From NCBI RefSeq assembly GCF_001447785.1, contig NW_015169194.1:488459-552458 (forward strand): DNA of 64,000 nt, in the 5' to 3' direction. The notes under the pieces were generated by a model. It was not told where the DNA came from and did no database searches. It saw nothing but the letters and a program-made list of their open reading frames with translations. Shown piece by piece: positions 25,131 through 37,923 of this stretch. The position numbers were made by a program, and so were the translations under genes. The DNA is from Gekko japonicus. Taxonomy: Eukaryota. Each line of letters opens with the position of its first letter. Positions within the stretch are counted from its first letter, which is position 1.

Positions 25131-27938
25131 CAGGGGTGGGAAATGATCAGTAAAAGTCAGTTTTTTCATCTTGGTCAGTAATTTGTCAGTTTTTTAAAAA
25201 ATTGGTCAGTAAAGTCAGTATTTCTTTGATTTTTGTGAATGCAGTTTGTGTTTCTTTGTTTTCATTACTGCATTTTGGGGGAAACATGATGACTTCCCAG
25301 TGAGAAGACAGATTGTTTTTAGTTCAGTTATGAAGTACTTTAAGGACTTTGTTCCTAAGAGTAAAAGTGATTTGATGAAATCTTACACAACTAGAAACAT
25401 AATTAACCTCTTAAAACACAAGATAATGAAAGCAGAGGTGATATTTTTTTTGCATGAGTGCCCGCTTATTTACAAAGTTCACTAGAGTGTTCCAGTAAGA
25501 AGAGCCTTTGGTGCATGTGATACACAGTGAAGTAAAAACACAAGAATTTGTAAGAGTTCAGCACCATTGTCTCTTGAAGTGATGAGCACTACATACCTGT
25601 GAGAGAAGTAATCAGTGAAAGTAGAATCTGTGATGAACTGAAAAAACTTTCTGAAAAGGAACAGCTACTCTTTTTAACAAGAGCAAATAAACATTTCATA
25701 GCAGCCTGCAAACACCTTTTACTCCAATCATCTTTGGACAAGCCTGTCTTCAGCTATCTTCAATGTTTAGCTCCAGCACAGAGGGTCAAGGAAGGAACCC
25801 ACAAGGATATAATGAAAGTTGCAGCAGCACTCCCAATGGATATTCCAGTGGACATGATTGCGGATGAATGGAAATTTCTTATGACTTGAAGATGAAACTG
25901 CCAGTGAAACTTGCCGCATAGATACATACTGGAATCAGTTCTTGGAAAAGACACACCCATCTGGAGATCCAAAATACCCACTGGCTACCAAGGTGGTGAA
26001 AGGAGCATTATCATTATTGCATGGTAGTACTGCAGTCGGATTCGACTGGCTTTCGAGCAAGGGAACCTTTACCTTTACCTTTACTGACATAGAAAGAGGG
26101 TTTTCAAAAAATAGATGCATTTTGACCGAAAGGGCTTGGATGTCAGAAAGAACTTTGAATGCCCACCTAATCGTCAAAGAAACTTTATATCATGTATATG
26201 AAAACAATGTATACCATGTTAATATCACACAGGAGCTTTTATAGATGGCAAGAGCAGTTCATGTTCATTACAAGCAATATTGTGATGAACAGTGTGTCAT
26301 TAAAGAGGAGTAAAGCAAAAAAGAAAATAAAGAGGGGGGAAAGGCAGAGGAGTTAGAAAGGTTTAAGAAGATAGACAGTGAAAAGGAAGAGAAGGAGAGC
26401 AAAGAGAAGGAAGCAAAACTGAAAAGGCTGAGACAGCAGAACGAGAAGAGGATGACTGCTCGAACATTGCTAAATGATGCAACCAAATGTGTAAAGGAGG
26501 CTGTTGAGAAAAAGGATATGGTGGGATTCAACACAGCACAGCTCATGCTAGAAGGAGTGGAGAAAGCAATGGAAGAAGACAAGAAGAAAAAAATGCTTGC
26601 GGATGCAGTGCAGAAAACTGTTGAGAAATGAAAGAGTTCGTTAATAACATTGACAACTGGACTCTCTATAACCAGTATCCACAGAAAGAAGACAGCATAT
26701 AACTGGAACTACATCTAGCTGTGCAGATGTTATTATTGACCCTTTTGTGTAACCCCTTTTCTGATCAAATAATATTTTTATCCACAAAGCTTGTGTTTTC
26801 TGTTTTAACGCCTACTTTTTCTAGTCTGGCACTCCTCTTTCTCTTACTTCCCCACCTCCTTCCTCTACAAGGCAATGCTACTCCAGGAATATCACCAGCA
26901 GATTCGCTTAGGCTGCTGTAACTATATTTTTATGTATTTTACCTTCAAAACCTTTGTAAGATTTGTAATTTTATCACTGTTGTATGCCACCCTCAGCCCT
27001 GTTTTCAGAGGAGTGAGGCCTAAAAGTTGAAGTTAATAAATAAATAAAATAATACTTTTCATTTAGCAAAAATTAAGGTACTTGTACCCAGGTAGCATAG
27101 GGGATATAAGATTGCAATTTTCTCTCAACTTTTCAGATAGCAAAAGTTCAAGTATGAGTACTCAGGTAGTAAACGGGACATAAACATGCAATTTTTTCCT
27201 CAACTCCTTACTGGTGAAACGGCTCCTTACTGGTAGAACAAGTTTCCGAACGAGATCAGGGCCCTGCAGGACCTCTCACAGTTCCGCAGGGCCTGCAAGA
27301 CAGAGCTCTTCCGCCAGGCTTTCAAATAGGAGCCGCCACCACAGTTACCATCAATCCAGAATATTGGACTGGCCCACTCTGAGCCTCACCGGCGAACATC
27401 TGGACCGTAGGACTGATGTTAAGATCTGAAGACAGAAGGAATGCAGATACAACGCCATTCATCTTAAGGTTACTCTGTTGTAGCGAGCACTTTATTGTTA
27501 AGATTGTTTTTTAAGGGATTTTAATATTTTTATTGTTTTATTTGTATTGGCCTGTCAGCCGTCTCCTGTAAGCCACCCAGAGCCTGTTTACAGGGTAATG
27601 TAAATATAAATAAATAAATAAACTTTTCAGATAGCAAAATGTAAGGCACATGTACCAAGGTAGCATAGAGGACATAAGCTTGCCATTTTCTCTCAAGCAT
27701 CAGGTATATTTGCAGTTTTTCCTTGCATAAACTAAGACATTTATAACTTTAAATTTCCATAAATATGTCAAATATTTCAGTTTTATATGCTAAGTTATAA
27801 ATGATGCATTTTTAAAGCAGTAAAATTAGTTTTGGTTTGATAAATTTCCCCCAAGATTTCCATCCCCCCCCCAGCTTCAGAATTTCCAGATCCATCCCCC
27901 CCCCCCAGCTTCAGAATTTCCAGAAAGTTTCCATCTCT
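25131..27938 (+). mobile_element. Decayed hAT-like DNA transposon with transposase C-terminal remnant
   Basis: RIDTYW..KYPLATKVVKGALSLLHGS[insert]DIERGFS resembles a hAT dimerisation motif and is followed by a K/E-rich tail. Ends are degenerate (caggggtgggaaa / tttccatctct). About 72-bp subterminal repeats at 27050-27700. Confidence 0.65.
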
Positions 27939-30058
27939 TTTTTTTCTGCCTTCAGCAAATATGACTCTTTCACCACCACCAGTGCACCTGACAGTGTCAA
28001 TTTTGCTTCTTTTTAAAAAAAATTAATTCATTTAAAATAATCATTAACAACAATTAACATCAAACGCATTAAACAAGCAACAACAAGATATAAGGATCAA
28101 GTAGCCTCAAAAGTCTATTATGTAACAGTAAAAACTATTTTAACATTTTTGAACATTTAACAACCAATAATGAAGAGTATGAAGTGCTGAGATACATACA
28201 AAAGTTTTCTGCATCTAAGTTTCCATCTCTGCATATAGCTATGGTTTATAGGAGAGAGGTATTATGGCATAAAGATGAACAGTGTGCCATGATTCCCAAC
28301 TTTTCAAGATGGTTTTCAAAGAGCAACATACCTTGCACCCCTTTTAATTGCAAATGTTCCCATCAGCAAGCAAACCACTTTAGTACCTTACATGAGCAGG
28401 GAGAGCTTTTTCAGCCTCACAATTAAGTTGTCAAGTTCTCACTCAGAGACTGTATTTAAACTTTTTAATGCTTGAAGGTCAAATTTTTTTTGAAGGGGAA
28501 AAGCTGTTTCTAACTGTAGTAAAGAAGCAGTGCATGTGTTTGTGGAGAAGTGGCCAGTGGGGAATGAGCACTTAACCCTTTGGCCATCACCCATTTCTCT
28601 GTTCCAGAATGCCCCCCCCCCCCAGTGGTTTTTCCTGCCATATGATTTCAAGTATATGCTTACAAGGAAAGGGATTTGCTGCCTACAGTAACATATTTGC
28701 ATGTAACATGTAGTTTGGCCCTAAGACTCCAAGTTGCAATGCAGTGTGTCTCCTGCTCTGCTTCCACAGGTCCTGTAATCTACTCTTGTCCACATGGCCA
28801 ACAGGACTTTAGTGTTGTGCCCAAACTAAGTAAATGTCAGAGAGGATGTCAGTGAAAGAAGGTGGTAGGAGGTGCAGCAGCTGTAGCCTGTCTCAATAAC
28901 CATCTTCAGGATGGGCTTCTCCATGTGTAGGGAGAAACGCCATGTAGAATACACAATGTATTTTATGAATCTTAGCATTAGAAAGATGAAGACTAATTGA
29001 ACAGAATTCCAAGAACAGCACAGCTACCCATCTTGATCTAAACTATCCTAGTTTTTAATAAATAGAATTTAGCTCTCCCCAAAACAAGTGTGGGATATTG
29101 GCAGAAGAGTGCCTATCCTTGGATATTTCAGTCCCACAGTAAGACAAAATAACTAGTTATACCCCTGAAGATACAAATAGGGCATATATAAAAATATCCT
29201 TTCATGGGAATTCTTCTCATTAATCCATGTCCTTGCTGGTTTGATGCTGCACAACATAGATGAGAATATGCTTTTTCCAGTTGTTGCTGCTAAAAGCCAC
29301 TCAAAATATAAATGTATGTAAGGAGCATGTAGTACACAACTCTTAGTTATCTTTTTGTAATTCTTTTACAAATGAATTCTTAGAAAGAACAGGTTATGCC
29401 CATATTAATAAATGCAAATAAAGCCACATGAATAGAAAGCTGATTAGAAGGGCATTTGTGACTTAATTCTTTACCTGTTCCACATTCTTTATATGCAAAT
29501 TTTCAGATTGCTCTGCTTTCCAGGGGTAAAGACCTTTGTTGGAAAGCAAATAGTATAAGCCTGGGAAGAGATGTTGGTCCCATGTTACTAAGGTCCACAT
29601 CAACAAATAGTTCAGCAATAGAGGCATGCATCTCTAAGACAAATGTCACCTAATTTTCATTTGTTCAATAAAGAATTGTGTCCAGGGTTTGTTAAACTAA
29701 AGTACTTGTGAGAGCAGAGCCTAAAGTAATGTACAATGTATCAAATAGAAAAAATATCGGTACACATTATGTACTGAATTACTATCATCCCTGCAAGCAA
29801 AAGCACTGAGAATGCTTAAGGCATATCATTAAATTATGCAGACATAGCTATATATTGTTAAAAATGCCTTACATCCAGATTAGAGTATTTCAGTAAAACT
29901 TCTGTGGGGCTGCCCTTGGAAATGGTACAAAGTACAACAACAAGATTTGACTGGCAGAACATACTTGGGACATATCACCTATTTTTAAGGAATTACACAG
30001 GCTGACTATTCACTTCTGGGCACAATTCAGAGACGCGATTATCTTTAAAGCCTTAAGG

Positions 30059-31165
30059 AAGGGATGTCAAACATACAGCCCAAAGGCTGGAACTAGCCCG
30101 TCCAGGCTGGAACTGGCCCGCGGGCAACTGGTGCAAAGGCAAGAGGCTGTTCGATGGGGTGAGTGGGCAAGTAGATACACGTAGTGAGGTGTGTGTGTGG
30201 TCAAAGCTGTCAAATAAAGAGAAAGGAAATGGCTAGGGGACTGGGTTAAGAGGCTGAGATAAAATAGTGTGGGTGGAATGAAAGCAAAGGTGGAGAAAGA
30301 GGTGTGGTGTTTTCTTCCTCTCCTGCCTTCTCCAACTGCACCTCAGTGACGATTGGTGAAGCCACTACATGGGGGGGGGGCATAGCACAGCATCCAGTGT
30401 TGCCACTGCCGCACCAACCAGCTTCGTTTTTTTCAAATGGCAACCATGGGGGGGGGGTTTGGTGAGAGCAGGCCGCACGTGGAGTGGCGGTTTGCCAACA
30501 AAGGGATGGGGCCAGTGGACAAGAGAGGAGGAGGAGGGCCGGCACACGGATTGGTAGGCAACTGGGCTTTCTTTTGTGTGCCACTCTGAGGCAAAAGACC
30601 TCCCAGCTTTGGAAGCAAGTGGAGGTGTGAAGGGGAAAAGGGGTGCCAATATTGCTGCCGCATGTCTGAACAGCAGCAGATCCAGGAGACAGAGTGAGTG
30701 TTGGGGTGGATGGGGACCAGTATCTTTCCTTCTCCCCCCAACTTGTTCTCAGCCTGTGATCAAAAAGGGGTCATGGGAGGATAAAGAGCACCCCCTGGAG
30801 GTTTCAGAACCCACGTCTCCATCAGGCTTTCCCCTCAGCCCCACTGCTTCTGTGGGAAATGCAGGAGAGATGAGAACTGGTGGGAGAGTCGGGTTCAGAA
30901 CCACCCTCCTCAGGAGCCAGGAGCCTGTCATCTTGAGGTCCTCAGAGGATCCCCAGTAAATCAACTGCTCTCACTGGTAGGAATCAATTGCTTTTGTTTG
31001 TATTTTGAGGGGGAAAAAATATTGTTAATTGGGTTTGTCTGTGTCCTTTATAAAATTTATATCTCCGGTACCTGGCATTACAGTTTATGGCACACATGGC
31101 CCAGCCTGACAAAGTGACATTTATGTCAGATCTAGCCCTCATAACAAATGAGTTTGACACCTCTG
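30059..31165. mobile_element. Non-autonomous hAT element
   Basis: TIRs aagggatgtcaaac / gtttgacacctctg. Degenerate 8-bp TSD ccttaagg/ccctaagt. Confidence 0.7.
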
Positions 31166-31276
31166 CCCTAAGTAGTTCAGCTTCTGGATCAGGGCAGATT
31201 GGAAGTACTGTTGCTGTTGGACCTGTCGGAGGTTAGGAGTTTGGAAGTACTCTTGGATGCCTCCTTAACAATGGAG

Positions 31277-33492
31277 ACCACTTCCTGGTTCCAGTCGGGA
31301 CGGCGGCGGATGGCGGCAGGAACACTCCTGGCCGAGTCCACTGATATTCCTTGTCTCCCAGGGGCCAAGCAGTATAGTTTGCGCCTCAACAAACTCTCTT
31401 GGGGGAGAGCTTGTAGCAGGGAGCTTGCTTCAGGGAAGCAGAGGCGAGCGGCAGCTGGCACAAAAACCCGGAGTTGCTCCAACACGGGAGGTGATGGAAG
31501 AAGCTCAACAGTCTGTGCTGAGCATTAGTCGAGACCAACGAACCTCACGGAGTCTTCTAGATGAAATTAAGCCTGGAAGTACCATGAGCACACCATCAAG
31601 AAATAATTTATTTCAGTGTTTTATTTTGAGCCTCCCCTTTCGGATTACATGAAAAAACAAACTTGCCCTTTAAATCAATAGGGAGACCTAAATGTGAGGA
31701 TGAGTTTCTCTTCCTAATAAGCGGGGAAGAAAAGGAGTTCAGGCTACCCGATATTGAAATGCTAATTTTTCTCCCTTTAAGCTGACTACAGTATCCTTCT
31801 ACAGTTAAAAGTGGGACAGCGACTGGGGCGTGAGTAGAAATGCTGGCGAATCTGCGTGAGTCACAATACTTCATTGGACTGTACGGATGGTAGTGGAGGT
31901 GGAGTAGAGACAGTAGAAAGCATTAAGACAGAGGCAACAGAAAGAAGACAGAAAAAAAAGATAAGGAAGAAAGACAGAAGAAAAAAGCAGCAAGAAAGAA
32001 GAAAAGAAAAAAAGGGAGGAGTTTGGAAAATCTGTCTATCACCTACATATGTTATGGTATTAGGATATTAGGATACAATTTAGGTTTATAGTAAAGACAG
32101 GCGGTTAGATACTAGGATAGAATTTAGGTTAAATAGTAAGGATAGGTAATGGGAAAACACTTAGAGCTTAACTGGGATATTTAGAAAAAGCCAATAAATA
32201 TGGATAAGGCGGATGGAGGTAGAAGAGCATCTATCTCATCCTCTCCATTGAGTGCAGATCAGATAAGTATAAATGATTTACAGAATGTGATACGAGAATC
32301 TGTTATACTAGCAGTGAACTTGGATGTTGAAACAATTTTGTCTAAAGCATTAGAACCAATACATACAAAAATAGATGCTTTGGCAAATCATCTGTCTATG
32401 CAAACACAGGAAATTAAAAAATCAATCTCTGTAAATAAACAAGAGGCTTCAGCCTTAACAACTGTGACTAATAAGGTAGAAATCAGAATTGGAAAAATAG
32501 GACACCAACTATATGAAGATCTACCAGAAAATAAAAACAACTTACAAACAATAGACTTGTTACAAAGACAAGCTATAAATTTGACATGCGGGGACATGTG
32601 TGACAACACAACTAGAACCAAGACACAGAAATCATAAACAATCTGATCCTCATGGAAAGCCCACAGAGTTAGATAAAACATGTCCATACAATATTTTGCT
32701 AGACGTGGAAATGCAAAGTGAATGGCTTGAACCCCCTCTGATAGTCCAGGCCAAGATTCTGGGATTTAAAACAGAGGTAGACCANNNNNNNNNNNNNNNN
32801 NNNNNNNNNNNNNNNNNNNNNNNNNNNNNNNNNNNNNNNNNNNNNNNNNNNNNNNNNNNNNNNNNNNNNNNNNNNNNNNNNNNNNNNNNNNNNNNNNNNN
32901 NNNNNNNNNNNNNNNNNNNNNNNNNNNNNNNNNNNNNNNNNNNNNNNNNNNNNNNNNNNNNNNNNNNNNNNNNNNNNNNNNNNNNNNNNNNNNNNNNNNN
33001 NNNNNNNNNNNNNNNNNNNNNNNNNNNNNNNNNNNNNNNNNNNNNNNNNNNNNNNNNNNNNNNNNNNNNNNNNNNNNNNNNNNNNNNNNNNNNNNNNNNN
33101 NNNNNNNNNNNNNNNNNNNNNNNNNNNNNNNNNNNNNNNNNNNNNNNNNNNNNNNNNNNNNNNNNNNNNNNNNNNNNNNNNNNNNNNNNNNNNNNNNNNN
33201 NNNNNNNNNNNNNNNNNNNNNNNNNNNNNNNNNNNNNNNNNNNNNNNNNNNNNNNNNNNNNNNNNNNNNNNNNNNNNNNNNNNNNNNNNNNNNNNNNNNN
33301 NNNNNNNNNNNNNNNNNNNNNNNNNNNNNNNNNNNNNNNNNNNNNNNNNNNNNNNNNNNNNNNNNNNNNNNNNNNNNNNNNNNNNNNNNNNNNNNNNNNN
33401 NNNNNNNNNNNNNNNNNNNNNNNNNNNNNNNNNNNNNNNNNNNNNNNNNNNNNNNNNNNNNNNNNNNNNNNNNNNNNNNNTTATTAAAAAAA
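31277..33492 (+). mobile_element. L1-like LINE (5' UTR, coiled-coil ORF1 start, gap, A tail) inserted into an L2 fragment
   Basis: 10-bp TSD aacaatggag at 31267-31276 and 33493-33502. CpG-rich 5' end (acttcctgg...gatggcggc), coiled-coil-like ORF at 32200-32637 and an A tail. The L2 frame LLDASLTME|AQV resumes after it. Confidence 0.7.
32785..33480. other. Assembly gap, 696 N
   Basis: Run of N. Confidence 1.
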
Positions 33493-34479
33493 AACAATGG
33501 AGGCCCAGGTAGCAACCATTGCAAAGTCAGCCTTTTACCATCTTTGGCTGATTAGGCAGTTGGGTCCTTCCTCGACTGCAACAACTTGGCAACAGTGATC
33601 CATGCAATGGTCACCTTGAGATTAGACTACTGTAACGCTGTCTACGTGGGGCCGCCCTTGTCACAAATCTTGGGTATACTTGCTATTTTTCTTATAGAAA
33701 ATGAAGATATTTATACTTTTAAATCCCATAAATATACCAAATAGGACAATTGTATATGATAACTAAATTATAAATGATGCATTTTTGTTGTTCAATCAGT
33801 AAAAGTAGTTTAGGAAAATAAGTATTGCATAGATTTCCATTTTTCCTCAAATTTACTTTTTGGCTGTGGCTTCAACATTGTTGGAAATTTTACATGTCAA
33901 GCTCTTGTTGCCTGATGTTTTCAGTCCCTCACAGTATTACATTCTGTCCCCAAGCAGCTTGTCATTTCTATCCAATATTTTTAAAAGGTTGAATGTTGCT
34001 TGTCTTCAAAAAAGCCTGCATAAGGAATCATTTTCACTGTGCCTGCCACATTAGAGACATAAAAGGCTTTCTTCCTTCCAGGGCGAAACAGAATTTATCC
34101 CAGCAGACAACCCCAATGGTATGCTGGGCATTCACTGCTGTTTTCTAAGCAAGAACAACTTGCACTGCTGATCATTTGCCAGCCAGTGTCTCTTACTGTT
34201 AACTTCACCCCTTTTTCCACCAAATGTCTTCTGTACAATATACTTCCTGAATACCAAAGTTGTAACTCTTTCAGCTGCATTTCTTTTTCTCTTGCTCCCA
34301 TTTGTCTTAAATGAACGAACCCTCCTTGTTCTGCAACAGTAGGAGAGGTAGACTTTGTCCCACTAGATACTGAAATGGGAAGTTTAAAAAGGCAGAGTAT
34401 TCTTTGCAGAATAACTGGCAGAATTGCACAATAATATTGCCTTTTTAAAAATAAAAGCAAGATCATATTCTTTTAAGAA

Positions 34480-36340
34480 AGTATTATTGTCTCTTAAAAG
34501 AAGTCATGGTTGCAGATCTGAAGAGACTGATAGGTTCTTGATGTCATCCTAGGTTGCTCTAACACCATGTCCAATCGAAAATAGAACTCCACAGTTTTAC
34601 CTCTTGCCAAAAATCCATAAAGGTGTGTGTAACGATTTCTTGTTTGTGTGTGTGTGTGTGTGTGTCCTTAAAAGTTTGGTTGCATGGCTGTAGTAGATAG
34701 ACTAGAGTGGTTGAGAGAGGCAAGTGTGGTATGATTGGTGGTTGACAGAGGGGGAGGGGTTTTGGAAGTGAATCTGGTTGGATGAGTATGTGAGTCAGTC
34801 AGTAGTTTCAGTTACAAGTTGACAGTTGAGTTAGACAAGCAGTTTTTGTAGAAGCAGTTATAAGCGGATAGCTGAGGTAGTTCAGTGAGAAACAGAAGGA
34901 AAGCTGAGTGTATAGGAAAAAGTAAATGAAAGTTTAATTGAAGACAAGTTATAGGAAAGGTTGTATGTCCTGATAAACTGGAGAGAAACAGTGAACATAT
35001 ATGACCTTGAGTTAAACAAGTGTTACAAAGTTACCTGAAAGATCCCTGTCAGTGAGGGATAAGATTGTGTGATACCAAAGCAATTGTTCATCATTTATAC
35101 ATTACTAGTTACATTGTACAACCCTCTTATTTAGTAGTTATTTCAATAAATCCTCTTTCATCCAAGTTTATACCAGCTCTGAATGAAATACTTCCCAGGA
35201 CCACATAGATCCCTGTAAGCCTTGAACTCGGTCTACCAAATAAAGAAGAGTAACAGTAAAAACATAAAGGTTCGGAAATCCTTTAATTTCCTGGTGGCAG
35301 CCGTATATACCCAGTAAAAGAAAATAAAGAACACTTTTAAAGTGAAATTAGTCCTCCCCAATAAGGAGGATGTCACAGTGTGCTCCCAGTATCCAGAAGA
35401 ACCATTGTCTCAGGATGTGGTTCTATTCTTGAACCTTTAGTTATGTATCTGGGTGAATTTTTGAAACCATTCATTCCTAAAATTGACACATACCTAAAGC
35501 ATACAATGGATTTCCTAGGCCAAGTGGACTGGTTATGTGTTTGACATAATGTTGTCCTATCAGTATTTAGTTACTGTGTTACTATCATTGATATTCATTA
35601 ACACATTGGATTGGTATATTCACAATGTATGTGTTCCCCCCCCCCATTCTGATTGCATCATCCATCCTGATTGCATCATCCCTCAGCCGGACAACTAAGA
35701 AATATGACACTTGACACTTTGCACTAGACACCACTGTGTTACATTGGCTCCATACTGCACTTGAAAGTAATTTCCTTTGGACCAGAATAGGAAGGTAATT
35801 TTTATAGTTGAGTAATAGTAAACCTAATAATTATATGTGGTTAGGGTTCTTTTTCAAATATTTTTTATAAAAATGTGGTTATCAGGATATTTGTGAATAT
35901 TTTTAGGTACACAATTGAACTACCACTCAAGATACATGAACTTGAAAATGGCAGAAGGTGATTTCAAATGAGGCCTCTTAATTATATCTCTGCCTTGAGT
36001 CAGGGATATTGATTAGAAGTAATTCCAAATAACTATTTTTGAATATAACTTCATGTTATAACTAAAATATTATAAATATTGCATCAATTTTAACTATAAA
36101 AAATCCCCCCCCCAGAACAATCCCAACTTGGCCCTAACATATTGAGTAATTGTTATTATTGCAATATCTGGAGCTAATGTGTAATAACAATGCTTGACCA
36201 CTGAAGAAGGCCATAAGGCTGAAACGTGTTTGGCAAGGGTCCCATGTGGTCTTTGTTTGAGATAACTTATGATTTTAATCTGTATTGAGGCAATATTTGG
36301 CCCTATAGTTGCTTTTAAATCATTTTGTAATAAATACATA
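34480..36340 (+). mobile_element. Degenerate Penelope-like element
   Basis: With the LTR removed, the frame reads FYLLPKIHKGVLPVSRRTIVSGCGSILEPL..YL..FLKP....DTYLKHTMDFL (Penelope RT). A hammerhead-like core lies at 36197-36234. Confidence 0.75.
34628..35377 (+). mobile_element. Solo LTR, 750 bp
   Basis: TGTAAC...GTCACA termini, 5-bp TSD gtgtg (34623-34627 and 35378-35382) and an internal AATAAA. Confidence 0.8.
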
Positions 36341-36806
36341 AATTGTTATATATTTGACAAATATTCATATCTTATAATCAGTTGTTTAAATACTGGGCCC
36401 TTTAATTTGGATTCATTTAACCTTCTAGGTTCTTAATTCAAAATCAGTTACCAAAGGCAAATGTGCCCTTAATTTATAGACCTAGCAATTAAGCTTGGTC
36501 CTTGCCAATTATTCAACTGAAGCCTTTCAGGTAGTATTTAAAGGTTGCAGGTCTAATATGCTGGAAGAACCATGTTTTTTGGCAATAGCCAAGGGATATC
36601 TGCCGTTATTCTTCAGGAGTACACGTAATGCATTTGTTAATGTCAGACTAGTTTTAAAAGCTGAGAAATTACCCAAGGCAGCCCAAGAGATAATCTTTAA
36701 AATAAAAGCAAAAGGCCTATGACCTATGAGGTCAAGGCCTATGAGGGTCCACAACCCCTTTTCAGTGTTGGGAGAAGGACATGAGAGAAAGTTTGCATGT
36801 GGTGGC

Positions 36807-37002
36807 CTACATTCCCTCTAAGCTGTGGAGTCTTGTGAGCAAAAATTCTATTTTGTGAGCCCCTGGCATTAAAGCAATTTGGCTGCTGCATCAATTAGTT
36901 TGCTCTGGAGCCCTCCTTCCTGGAGCCGAGACAAAAATGTGCGAGCTGGAGGCCAGAAAACTGTGAGCTAGCTCACACTAACTCAGCTTAGAGGGAACAC
37001 TG
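36807..37002. mobile_element. hAT MITE, same family as 19138-19344, opposite orientation
   Basis: Perfect 8-bp TSD gtggtggc. TIR ttccctctaag / cttagagggaacactg. Confidence 0.85.
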
Positions 37003-37923
37003 GTGGTGGCACTGCCTGGGGTCTAACCCAATCTGAACTGACAAACAGATCTTTTGAATAACACAGTCATGGTAATTATCAGACACACTGTGGTTATGCT
37101 GCTGAACATGCCATTATTTAATAACCAAAAACTTGTGCAAATAAGGCTGCCAACATCTCGTAACGGATTCATCACTTAAAAACATTTTGACTACACAGAC
37201 ACAAAAAAACTTTCCTTATTTCAAAACTTCATGGGGCAGACCTTACAACTTCATTGTCCCTGTAAAAATGCAATTTGTAACCCAGCTGTTCCAACGGAAA
37301 GCTCTGGAATAGGTGTGTTCAGCATGTCAGGTGGAAATGGCATTATTAAATGGGACTAGTAATTCCTGCTATGTTTGGAGATACAGAAGTCTTTTATTCT
37401 CATATGTACCAGAGCAAAATTTGCAGATATTGAGAGATCTCATGGAGAAGTTATGAGCCTGCCCACAGCTTCACCAAATCTCAGGAGGTCCAGATAACCT
37501 GGCACACATAAACAGAGGCTACAGCAAACCTGATACAAACACATGGAATCTGGAAATAGACAATTTTAAAAGTGATTTCAGGGAAGCACAGACACACACA
37601 CACACACACACACACTCCCACGACACAGATTTTTCAATAAAACAGATTTTCCAGCTTTCTGAAATTACAAAAGCCTGCACCCCCTGTTTACAAGAGGCAG
37701 GAGTACCACTGAACTATGCCCACTCTTCTTAGGATCTTCTTCTGCCAGGGTTGTAGAAGTAGAACATAATGACAAATTAACACCATGCAGATAATCTAAT
37801 CAGAAGAGTAAATTCCCATCTCAAATGGTTCTTGGGAGATGTCCGCAGCATAATCCACAAGGCAGAAATGGACCAAATTATTACGAAGACTTTGTTCAGC
37901 TTCACTTTAAATTGTCTACACTT

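Noticed and set aside
25599-26640. Domesticated transposase gene
   Set aside because: In-frame stops, frameshifts and a missing N-terminal region.
27050-27700. Spaced repeats of about 72 bp, superficially CRISPR-like
   Set aside because: Degenerate tandem subterminal repeats of the DNA transposon, interrupted by an L2 tail. Eukaryotic context, no spacers.
32600-33524. 295-aa and 252-aa ORFs
   Set aside because: Artefacts of translating through the N gap.
19138-37002. Two inverted MITE copies acting as a composite transposon
   Set aside because: Each has its own distinct TSD, so they are independent insertions.
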